24,000 bases of DNA, taken from assembly GCF_040642015.1 (NCBI RefSeq), contig NZ_JBFAEO010000016.1, positions 78,729 to 102,728 on the forward strand, read 5' to 3'. Shown one piece after another: positions 15,714 through 22,642 of this stretch. The DNA is from Actinosynnema sp. NPDC020468. Lineage in GTDB: Bacteria > Actinomycetota > Actinomycetes > Mycobacteriales > Pseudonocardiaceae. The notes under the pieces are model-generated. The model saw nothing but the letters and a program-made list of their open reading frames with translations, did not search any database and was not told the DNA's origin. Position numbers and translations under genes: made by a program. Within the stretch, counting starts at the first letter, position 1. Every line of letters starts with the position of its first letter.

Positions 15714-16388
15714 ATGACCCGCTTCGCCACCTTGACCACCGCCCACCTGACCGACGCCTGCCTGCGCCTGGGCCACGCCGTGCGCTGCGCACCCGTCCGC
15801 GCGGTCCACCCCGGCGACCGGCTCGAAGGCCGCGCCCTGCCCGTCCGGCACGCGGGCAGCGTCGACGTGTACCTGGAGGCGTTCGAGCGGGCCGAGCCGG
15901 GCGACGTGCTCGTGGTGGACAACGCCGCCCGCGAGGACGAAGCGTGCCTGGGCGACCTGGTGGTGCTGGAGGCGCGCGGCGCGGGGCTCTCCGGCGTGCT
16001 GGCGTGGGGCCTGCACCGGGACACCGCCGACATCACCGCGATCGGGCTGCCGGTGTTCAGCCTCGGCGCGTTCCCGAGCGGTCCCCGCCGGCTGGACGAG
16101 GTCCCCTCCGGGCCGGCCGTGATCGCCGGACACGCCGTGACCTCGGACGACGTGGTGCTGGCCGACGAGGACGGCGCGCTGTTCGTGCCGGGGGCAGCCC
16201 TGGACGAGCTGTTCACCGCCGCCGAGACCATCCGCGACACCGAGCGCCGCCAGGCCGAGCTGATCCGCGCCGGCACGTCCCTGCGCGCCCAGGTCCGCTT
16301 CACCGACTACCTCGCCGCCCGCCGCGCCGACCCGGCCCTGACCTTCCGCGACCACCTGCGCGGCGTGGGCGGCGCGATCGAGGTGTGA
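15714..16388 (+). CDS. RraA-family protein (RNase E regulator / HMG-oxaloacetate aldolase-like fold)
   Basis: 224 aa. The motifs PGDVLVVDNAAREDEACLGDLVVLEARGAGLSGVLAWGLHRD and DDVVLADEDGALFVP match the RraA/demethylmenaquinone methyltransferase-like family. Confidence 0.85.
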   Translation: MTRFATLTTAHLTDACLRLGHAVRCAPVRAVHPGDRLEGRALPVRHAGSVDVYLEAFERAEPGDVLVVDNAAREDEACLGDLVVLEARGAGLSGVLAWGLHRDTADITAIGLPVFSLGAFPSGPRRLDEVPSGPAVIAGHAVTSDDVVLADEDGALFVPGAALDELFTAAETIRDTERRQAELIRAGTSLRAQVRFTDYLAARRADPALTFRDHLRGVGGAIEV

Positions 16389-16398
16389 CCCCTCTCCA

Positions 16399-16411
16399 GT
16401 CCACTGTGGAC
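16399..16411. promoter_or_regulatory. 13-bp palindrome GTCCACTGTGGAC (copy 4 of 4); additional TGTGGAC half-site at 16501..16507
   Basis: Lies 11 nt after the RraA-like stop and 125 nt upstream of the ATG (16536) of the giant sensor gene. Confidence 0.6.
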
Positions 16412-16535
16412 CGAGCCCGCCGACCGCCGGACCGCGACGCTGCCTCGCGCGCGCTCCGGCGGTCGCTCTAGGTTGTACGGCACCACCCCCGGAACGGCGG
16501 TGTGGACCGACCGCCGCGCGGGTAGGGAGTGGGCG

Positions 16536-19500
16536 ATGAGATCACCGGTTCCCGGCGGTTTGGTGTTCCCCGGCAACGGCGAGATGGCCGCGCGGATGCG
16601 CGCCTACCCGTGGTCGGAGACCTCCGTCGGCGACCCCGCGACCTGGCCCGCGGGCCTGGCAACGGCCACCCGCATCTGCCTGACCTCGCGGTTCCCGATG
16701 ATCGTGTGGTGGGGCGAGGAGCTGTCGTTCCTCTACAACGACGCCTACCTGCCGCTGCTCGGCACGAACCACCCGGCGCTGGCCAAACCCGGCCGCGAGG
16801 TGTGGTCGGAGATCTGGCACATCATCGGCCCGATGCTGCGCTCGGTGATGGAGACCGGCGAGGCCACCTGGTCGGAGGACCTGCTGCTGCCGCTGGTGCG
16901 GCACGGGTACCTCGAGGAGACGTACTGGACGTACTCCTACAGCCCCCTGCACGACGACGACGGCGTGGTGCGCGGCGTGTTCACCGCGGTCAGCGACACG
17001 ACCGAGCGGGTGCTGGGCGAACGCCGGCTGGCAGTGCTGCGGGACCTCGGCGCGCTCGCGGGCAGCGCCCGGACCGTGGACGAGGCGTGCCGGCTGGTCG
17101 CCGAGGCGCTGGGCCGCGCGGGCGCGGACGTGCCGTTCGCCGCCGTGCACCTGCGCCGGCCGGGCACCGACGACCTCGTGCTCGCCTCCGCCACCACCGA
17201 CGACCCGGACGCGCGGGCCCGGGAGTGGCCGCTGCGCGAGGTGCTGACCACGGACCGGCTCCAGGTCGTGGAGGGGTTCGGCCCGCTGCCCGGCGGCAGC
17301 TGGGACGCCCCGCCCACCCAGGCCGTCGTGCTGCCGCTGCGGGGTGAGATCGGCGGGCAGAACATCGGCGTCGTGGTGCTCGCGGCGAGCGCGGGCCGCA
17401 TGCTGGACGAGGCCTACCACTCGTTCCTCAGCCTCGTGGCGCAGCAGACGGCCGCCCTGGTCAACGCGGCCGTCGCCTACCAGGTGCAGCAGCGGCGCGC
17501 CGAGGAGCTGGCCGAGCTCGACCGGGCGAAGACCACGTTCTTCTCCAACATCAGCCACGAGTTCCGCACCCCGCTCGCGCTGATCCTCGGCCCCACCGAG
17601 GAGCTGCGCGCGGGCCTCGCCGACGCCGACCCGCGGCTGCGCGAGGAGCTGGAGGTCATCCACCGCAACGGCCTGCGGCTGGGCAAGCTCGTCAACACGC
17701 TGCTCGACTTCTCCCGCATCGAGGCCGGCCGGATGCGGGCGAGCTACGAGCCGGTGGACCTCGCGGTGCACACCGCCGAGCTGGCCGGCGTGTTCCGGTC
17801 CGCGATCGAGAAGGCCGGGCTCGCGTTCGAGGTCGACTGCCCGCCGCTGCCCGCGCCGGTGCAGGTGGACCGCGGCATGTGGGAGAAGGTCGTCTTCAAC
17901 CTGCTGAGCAACGCGCTGAAGTTCACCTTCGACGGCGGTGTGCGGGTGCGGCTGCGCGCGGACGGCGACCACGCGGTGGTCGAGGTGTCCGACACCGGCA
18001 TCGGCGTGCCCGCCTCGGAGATGCCGCGCCTGTTCGAGCGGTTCCACCGGATCGAGAGCGGCCGTTCCCGGTCGAACGAGGGAAGCGGCATCGGGTTGGC
18101 GCTGGTCCGCGAGCTGGTGCTGCTGCACGGCGGCGAGATCACCGCGGACAGCGCGGAGGGCCGCGGCACGACGTTCACCATCCGGGTGCCGTTCGGCGTG
18201 GCGCACCTGCCCGCCGAGCACCTGGCGCCCGCCGGGTCGACCACCGCGCCGTCGGGCGCGAACCCGTTCCTCCAGGAGGCGCTGCGCTGGCTGCCCGCCG
18301 AACCCGACCAGCAGGCGCCGCCCGCCGCGGCGCCGCCGACCGGTGGGCCCGCGCGGGTGCTGATCGCCGACGACAACGCCGACATGCGCGAGTACCTCGA
18401 ACGCCTGCTCCGGCCGTTCTACGAGGTCACCGCCGTGCCCGACGGCGAGGACGCGCTCGCCTCCGCCCGCACCGCGCCGCCGGACCTGATCGTCAGCGAC
18501 GTGATGATGCCGCGCCTGGACGGCCTCCAGCTGGTCGCGGCGCTGCGCGCGGACCCGCGCACGGCGGGCGTGCCGGTGCTGCTGCTGTCCGCGCGCGCGG
18601 GCCAGGAGGCGTCCATCGAGGGGTTGGAGGCGGGCGCCGACGACTACCTGGTCAAACCGTTCGCGGCGGCCGAGCTGCTGGCCCGGGTGCGGGCGAACGT
18701 CGAGCTGGCGCGGCTGCGCAACCACCACGCGCGCTGGCGGACGGCGCTGATCGAGTCGTTGCAGGAGGGCTTCTTCGTCTGCGCCGAGGACGGCTCGGTC
18801 ATCGAGGTCAACGGCGCGTTCGGCCGGATGCTCGGCTACGGCCCGGAAGGCCTGCCCTACCACCAGCCCGCGCCGTGGTGGCCGGCCGAGGCCGACGCCC
18901 GCGAGCACATCGCCCGGATGCTGGACCGCACCCTCACCGAGGCCGGCGGCACCTACACGACCCCCGTCACCACCCGCGACGGGCGACGGCTGTGGCTCGC
19001 GACGTCGTTCAACCACGTGCGGGACCCGGACACGAAGCACACCGTGATCGTCGGCACGGTCCGCGACGTCACCGCCGAGCACTTCGCTGTGCAGCGGGAG
19101 ACGGCCGTCGGCGCGGTGAGCGTGCGGCTGGCGGGCGCCGCCAACCTGACCGAGGCGCTCGCGGGCGCGGCCGAGGAACTGCGGGACGTGTGGCACGCCC
19201 GCCGCGTCCTGACCGCCGTGTGGGGCGACTCGGACGTGCCGACCCTGACCTCGACCGACCCCGCGATCACGTGGGCCACGCTGCCCCCGTCGATCCGCGA
19301 CACCCTCACCGCGCTGCGCGAGAGCCCGCTGCTGATCCCGGTCGGCGACGCCGGCATCGCCCTGGACCACCCCGAGGGCAGGGTGGCCCTGTGGCTCGAC
19401 CTGTCCGAGCACCGCCCTTTCGCGCAGGAGGACCGCACCCTGCTCGCCCTGCTCGGCGGCCACCTGGGCCAGGGCCTGCACCGCATCCACCAGGTCGACC

Positions 19501-20588
19501 AGCAGCGCAAGACCGCGCTGGCCCTGCAACACGCCATCCTCGGCCCGTTCCACCTGCCGACGGGTTTCGCGGTGCGCTACGAGCCCGCCGCCCGCCCGCT
19601 CGAGGTGGGCGGCGACTGGTACGACACGGTCGCCCTGGCCGACGGGCGCATCGGCATCGTCGTGGGCGACTGCGTGGGCCACGGCCTGGACGCGGCGGCG
19701 GTGATGGGCCAGCTGCGCAGCGCGTGCCGAGCCCTCCTCCTCCAGGACAACGGCCCGGCCCGAACCCTGATGGCCCTGGACGTCTTCGCCGCGACCCTCT
19801 CCGGAGCCCGCTGCACCACGGTGTTCTGCGGCGTGCTGAACCCGGACACCGGCGAACTCGTCTACTCGAGCGCGGGCCACCCCCCGGGCATCCTGAGCCT
19901 CCCCGACGGCGCCCGCGAACTCCTGGAGGACGGCCGCTCCCTCCCCCTGGCCGTCCGCGTGGGCGCCCACCGCCCCGAGGCCACCCGCGTCGTCCCCCCG
20001 CGCGCGACGATCCTGCTCTACACCGACGGCCTGGTGGAACGCCGCCGCCGCTCCCTGGTCACCGGCATCGACCAGGCGGCCCAGGCGGTCACCGAGGGCA
20101 GCGGCGTCCCGGTGGACGACCTGGCGACGGACCTCATGTCGTCCCTGGCCCCACCGGGCGGCTACGAGGACGACGTGGCGCTGCTCCTGTACCGCCACCC
20201 GGCCCCCCTGGAAATGTCCTTCACCGCCGCCGCCGCCCACCTGGCCCCGGTCCGCCACGCCCTCCGCGACTGGCTGACCCGCTGCGACCTCCCCGACCCC
20301 CAGGCACAGGCGGTGCTGGTGGCGGCGGGCGAGGCGTGCAGCAACGCCGTGGAACACGGCCACCGCGACACCCCGGGCCGGACGGTCACGTTGAGCGCCC
20401 TGGTGACCGTGGACGACCTGCGCGTGACAGTGGTCGACACGGGCTCCTGGAAACCCCCGACCGGCACCGACGACGACCACCGAGGCCGCGGCCTGCTGCT
20501 GATGCGAGAGCTGATGGACGACGTCAGCGTCGTCACCGAACCCACCGGAACCACCGTCGACCTGCACACGAGGATCAGCCCGAGATGA
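16536..20588 (+). CDS. Multidomain signalling protein: PAS-GAF-HisKA-HATPase_c-REC-PAS-GAF-like-PP2C(SpoIIE)-HATPase_c (RsbW-like)
   Basis: 1350 aa from ATG 16536 (GGGAG 6 nt upstream). H-box FFSNISHEFRTPL (His codon 17556); N/G boxes NLLSNALKFT, DTGIGV, GSGIGLALV. REC is VLIADDN...LIVSDVMMP...LVKPF (Asp codon 18498). PP2C is GGDWYD, GDCVGHGLDAA, LLYTDGLVE. The C-terminal kinase module is AGEACSNAVEHGH...GRGLLLMRELMDDV. Confidence 0.92.
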   Translation: MRSPVPGGLVFPGNGEMAARMRAYPWSETSVGDPATWPAGLATATRICLTSRFPMIVWWGEELSFLYNDAYLPLLGTNHPALAKPGREVWSEIWHIIGPMLRSVMETGEATWSEDLLLPLVRHGYLEETYWTYSYSPLHDDDGVVRGVFTAVSDTTERVLGERRLAVLRDLGALAGSARTVDEACRLVAEALGRAGADVPFAAVHLRRPGTDDLVLASATTDDPDARAREWPLREVLTTDRLQVVEGFGPLPGGSWDAPPTQAVVLPLRGEIGGQNIGVVVLAASAGRMLDEAYHSFLSLVAQQTAALVNAAVAYQVQQRRAEELAELDRAKTTFFSNISHEFRTPLALILGPTEELRAGLADADPRLREELEVIHRNGLRLGKLVNTLLDFSRIEAGRMRASYEPVDLAVHTAELAGVFRSAIEKAGLAFEVDCPPLPAPVQVDRGMWEKVVFNLLSNALKFTFDGGVRVRLRADGDHAVVEVSDTGIGVPASEMPRLFERFHRIESGRSRSNEGSGIGLALVRELVLLHGGEITADSAEGRGTTFTIRVPFGVAHLPAEHLAPAGSTTAPSGANPFLQEALRWLPAEPDQQAPPAAAPPTGGPARVLIADDNADMREYLERLLRPFYEVTAVPDGEDALASARTAPPDLIVSDVMMPRLDGLQLVAALRADPRTAGVPVLLLSARAGQEASIEGLEAGADDYLVKPFAAAELLARVRANVELARLRNHHARWRTALIESLQEGFFVCAEDGSVIEVNGAFGRMLGYGPEGLPYHQPAPWWPAEADAREHIARMLDRTLTEAGGTYTTPVTTRDGRRLWLATSFNHVRDPDTKHTVIVGTVRDVTAEHFAVQRETAVGAVSVRLAGAANLTEALAGAAEELRDVWHARRVLTAVWGDSDVPTLTSTDPAITWATLPPSIRDTLTALRESPLLIPVGDAGIALDHPEGRVALWLDLSEHRPFAQEDRTLLALLGGHLGQGLHRIHQVDQQRKTALALQHAILGPFHLPTGFAVRYEPAARPLEVGGDWYDTVALADGRIGIVVGDCVGHGLDAAAVMGQLRSACRALLLQDNGPARTLMALDVFAATLSGARCTTVFCGVLNPDTGELVYSSAGHPPGILSLPDGARELLEDGRSLPLAVRVGAHRPEATRVVPPRATILLYTDGLVERRRRSLVTGIDQAAQAVTEGSGVPVDDLATDLMSSLAPPGGYEDDVALLLYRHPAPLEMSFTAAAAHLAPVRHALRDWLTRCDLPDPQAQAVLVAAGEACSNAVEHGHRDTPGRTVTLSALVTVDDLRVTVVDTGSWKPPTGTDDDHRGRGLLLMRELMDDVSVVTEPTGTTVDLHTRISPR

Positions 20589-20893
20589 CAACGCCTTTGC
20601 GCTTCACGTCCACGGAGACCGCCGAGGGAACCCCGGTGCTCAAGGTGAGCGGCGAAATCGACATGTCCAACTCGGACGACTTCAACCACGAACTACGCGG
20701 CGCCCTGGCCCACCGCACCACGGAAACCCCCCTGCTGGTGGACCTGACCGCCGTGGACTACCTGGACAGCGCGGCCCTGGCAGTCCTGTTCGAACACGTG
20801 GCGTCGATCACCGTGGACACGAACAAAATGCTGGAGCCAATCCTCAGAATCTGCGGCCTCTCGGACATCGTCCCGGTACGGGTAATCCGCTAG
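20585..20893 (+). CDS. STAS-domain anti-sigma-factor antagonist (RsbV/SpoIIAA-like)
   Basis: 102 aa. The ATG overlaps the upstream stop as ATGA. The motifs are VLKVSGEIDMSNSDDF and VDLTAVDYLDSAALAVL, with the conserved phosphorylatable Ser in DS. Confidence 0.85.
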   Translation: MTTPLRFTSTETAEGTPVLKVSGEIDMSNSDDFNHELRGALAHRTTETPLLVDLTAVDYLDSAALAVLFEHVASITVDTNKMLEPILRICGLSDIVPVRVIR

Positions 20894-20931
20894 CAACCAC
20901 GCCAAGGCCACGCCCGACCAGACCGGTGGCC

Positions 20932-21077
20932 TCGTGTTCTCCCCGTATGGCCTGGGCGCAGCCCAACCGCATTTGGCACGGGGGCGCCGAGAACCCAGGA
21001 CCGCCGCCCACACTCCAATGCCGGCGCCCCCGTGCCAAATGTGGTTGCCTCTGGCAGGCCATACGGGGAGAACACGA
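20932..21077. repeat. 146-bp two-tier imperfect palindrome / long hairpin
   Basis: The outer arms 20932..20952 and 21057..21077 are a perfect 21-bp inverted repeat (TCGTGTTCTCCCCGTATGGCC / GGCCATACGGGGAGAACACGA). The inner arms 20970..20989 and 21022..21041 are a perfect 20-bp inverted repeat (CATTTGGCACGGGGGCGCCG). The segments between them pair partially, and the apical loop is 32 nt. Confidence 0.8.
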
Positions 21078-21111
21078 CGCCCTTCACCCCCGGAGGCGCT
21101 GCCCGTCCGGC

Positions 21112-21160
21112 GAGGACGCTCTTAATCCGTCAACTCGTGGTTTCGAGCCCACCCGCCCTA
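21112..21160 (+). other. Degenerate tRNA-like 3' fragment (anticodon-loop-like CTCTTAA, T-arm-like GTGGTTTCGAGCCCAC), possible att-site remnant
   Basis: GGTTTCGAGCCC resembles the T-loop consensus GGTTCGAnyCC with a 1-nt insertion. No matching 5' acceptor or D-arm is found upstream, so this is not an intact tRNA gene. Confidence 0.3.
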
Positions 21161-21239
21161 AGCTGAGCAGCGGAAACGCTGCTTCAAAGATCTTTCCAGG
21201 CACCTGGGTGCCGATTTGGGTGCGAGTACGGTCCGAACC

Positions 21240-21530
21240 ATGGCCGGCAAAGCCCTGACGCGGCCAAGGCGGAAGCCGACGCCCAGCGCGGCCCGAAATC
21301 GTCGGTCACCCTGGCCCACACCATCCACGAGTGGCGGGAAGGCATCGGAGCACGAGGCAAGCACCGCCGAGGGCTACCGGGCACACGATCACCCCGGCGC
21401 TGGGCGCGGTTCCCCTCAGCCGACTGACCACGCGCACCTTGGAAACCTTCTACGCGAACCTACGCCGCTGCCGCGTGCGCCGCGACGGCAAGCCCCACGC
21501 CGAGCAGAAGGCGGAAGGTGACCACGACTG
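21240..21530 (+). pseudogene. Tyrosine-recombinase (phage/AICE-type integrase) N-terminal fragment, frameshifted and truncated
   Basis: Three frames together read DAAKAEADAQRGPKSSVTLAHTIHEWREG / EASTAEGYRAH / ITPALGAVPLSRLTTRTLETFYANLRRCRVRRDGKPHAEQ. This matches the N-terminal SAM-like region and the FYAxLRRCRxHCDG motif of actinobacterial integrases. No catalytic domain follows. Confidence 0.6.
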
Positions 21531-21749
21531 GTCGACCTGGCGTTGGCGGGTCGGGCGACCGGTCGGCCCGACGTCGATGTCTGGCAGGCTCACGCGTCGT
21601 TCACCGCGGTTGCAACCGACCGTGCGATTTCGGTCCGCTGTCCTGTGACCGCGTCGTGCCGTCACCTGTCAACACACCCCTCACGTTTGTCCACGCCCGG
21701 AGAGGGCACCCCCGACACACAAGGAGCACACCCCCGGGAGGAGTAGGTC

Positions 21750-22583
21750 GTGGCTGTGGCAGCGCACGTCGGGCTCGTGGCCGGTAGGTACCGACTCGAC
21801 GGGTTGCTCGGCGAGGGCAGAACCGCCACCGTGCACCGAGCCTGGGACTCCCGCCTGCGCCGCCCGGTGGCGCTGAAGTTCTTCCACACCCCCACCACCC
21901 ACACCGACGACGACATCCGCACCCTGGCCTGCATGTCCCACCCCGGCCTGGTCAGCGTCTACGACGCCGGAACCGACCCGGACCACGGCCCCTTCGTCGT
22001 CATGCACCTGGTGGAAGGCCGCACCCTCCGCCAGGACCTGACCGACGGCCCCATGTCCCCGGTCCGGGTCCGCAAACTGGGCGCGCAGATCGCCGCCACG
22101 CTCACCCACCTCCACGAGCACGGCACCGCCCACCGCAACATCTCCCCGGGCAACGTCCTCGTGGAGGACGACCAGGTCGCCTACCTGGCCGACTTCGGCA
22201 TGCCCAACACCCACCCCTACGCGGCCCCCGAGGCAAACCACGGCACCGCGGCCGACATCCACGCCCTGGGCGTCGTGCTCCGGGAATGCCTCACCGGAAC
22301 GGTGACCGACGCCGAGCAGACCGTCCCGACCATCCCCGCGGACCTGCGCAAGATCCTCCGCTGGATGACCTCGAAGAACCCCCGCAACCGCCCCACCGCG
22401 AAAGCCTGCCTGGCCACCTTCAAGGGCGCACCCCTGGACGACGACGGCGAAGTCCTCACCGCCCGTGTCTCCCGCAAGGTGCTGGTCGCCTCGCTGGTCG
22501 CCGTGCTCAGCCTGGTGGGCACGTCCTGGATCGTCTCCCCCGACCTCCAGCACACCCCCGCCGCCACCGTCGCCGGACGCTGA
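21750..22583 (+). CDS. Ser/Thr protein kinase-like protein, predicted pseudokinase, C-terminal TM anchor
   Basis: 277 aa; GTG 21750 has GGGAGGAG 6 nt upstream. It retains VALK, DFG, APE, DIHALGVVL and NPRNRPTA. HRD is replaced by HRN (Asn codon 22137..22139). The G-loop is degenerate (GEGRTATV). Only 8 residues separate DFG from APE. The TM helix is VLVASLVAVLSLVGTSWIV. Confidence 0.8.
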   Translation: MAVAAHVGLVAGRYRLDGLLGEGRTATVHRAWDSRLRRPVALKFFHTPTTHTDDDIRTLACMSHPGLVSVYDAGTDPDHGPFVVMHLVEGRTLRQDLTDGPMSPVRVRKLGAQIAATLTHLHEHGTAHRNISPGNVLVEDDQVAYLADFGMPNTHPYAAPEANHGTAADIHALGVVLRECLTGTVTDAEQTVPTIPADLRKILRWMTSKNPRNRPTAKACLATFKGAPLDDDGEVLTARVSRKVLVASLVAVLSLVGTSWIVSPDLQHTPAATVAGR

Positions 22584-22587
22584 AAAA

Positions 22588-22622
22588 CGGGCCCCGCCAC
22601 CAAAAATGGTGACGGGGCCCCG
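22588..22622. terminator. Bidirectional intrinsic-terminator-like hairpin between convergent genes
   Basis: CGGGCCCCGCCACC-aaaaat-GGTGACGGGGCCCG forms a 14-bp stem with 1 mismatch. It is flanked by an A-run on the 5' side and aaat on the 3' side. It sits between the kinase-like stop (22583) and the chitinase stop (22643). Confidence 0.7.
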
Positions 22623-22642
22623 AAATCCACGCGCACCGACCG

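Noticed and set aside
16542-20591. 1349-aa minus-strand ORF antisense to the giant sensor gene. Similar very long ORFs occur at 7458..10307 (-), 9125..11914 (+), 17879..20584 (+), 21681..23501 (-), 4963..6669 (-) and 12730..14091 upstream of 13008 (-).
   Set aside because: Their composition is dominated by Arg/Gly/Pro/Ala/His runs with no recognisable motifs. They lie opposite or out of frame to genes with clear family signatures and proper GC3 bias. These are typical stop-poor shadow frames of >70% GC DNA.
21085-21165. A possible intact tRNA-Lys(CUU) gene.
   Set aside because: The anticodon stem does not pair, the T-loop has an extra base, and no 5' acceptor or D-arm complementary to CCGCCCT exists upstream. 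It is kept only as a degenerate fragment.
21550-21572. GTCGGGC-N9-GCCCGAC inverted repeat between the integrase fragment and the kinase-like gene.
   Set aside because: A 7-bp GC-rich arm pair is expected by chance at this GC content, and no supporting context was found.
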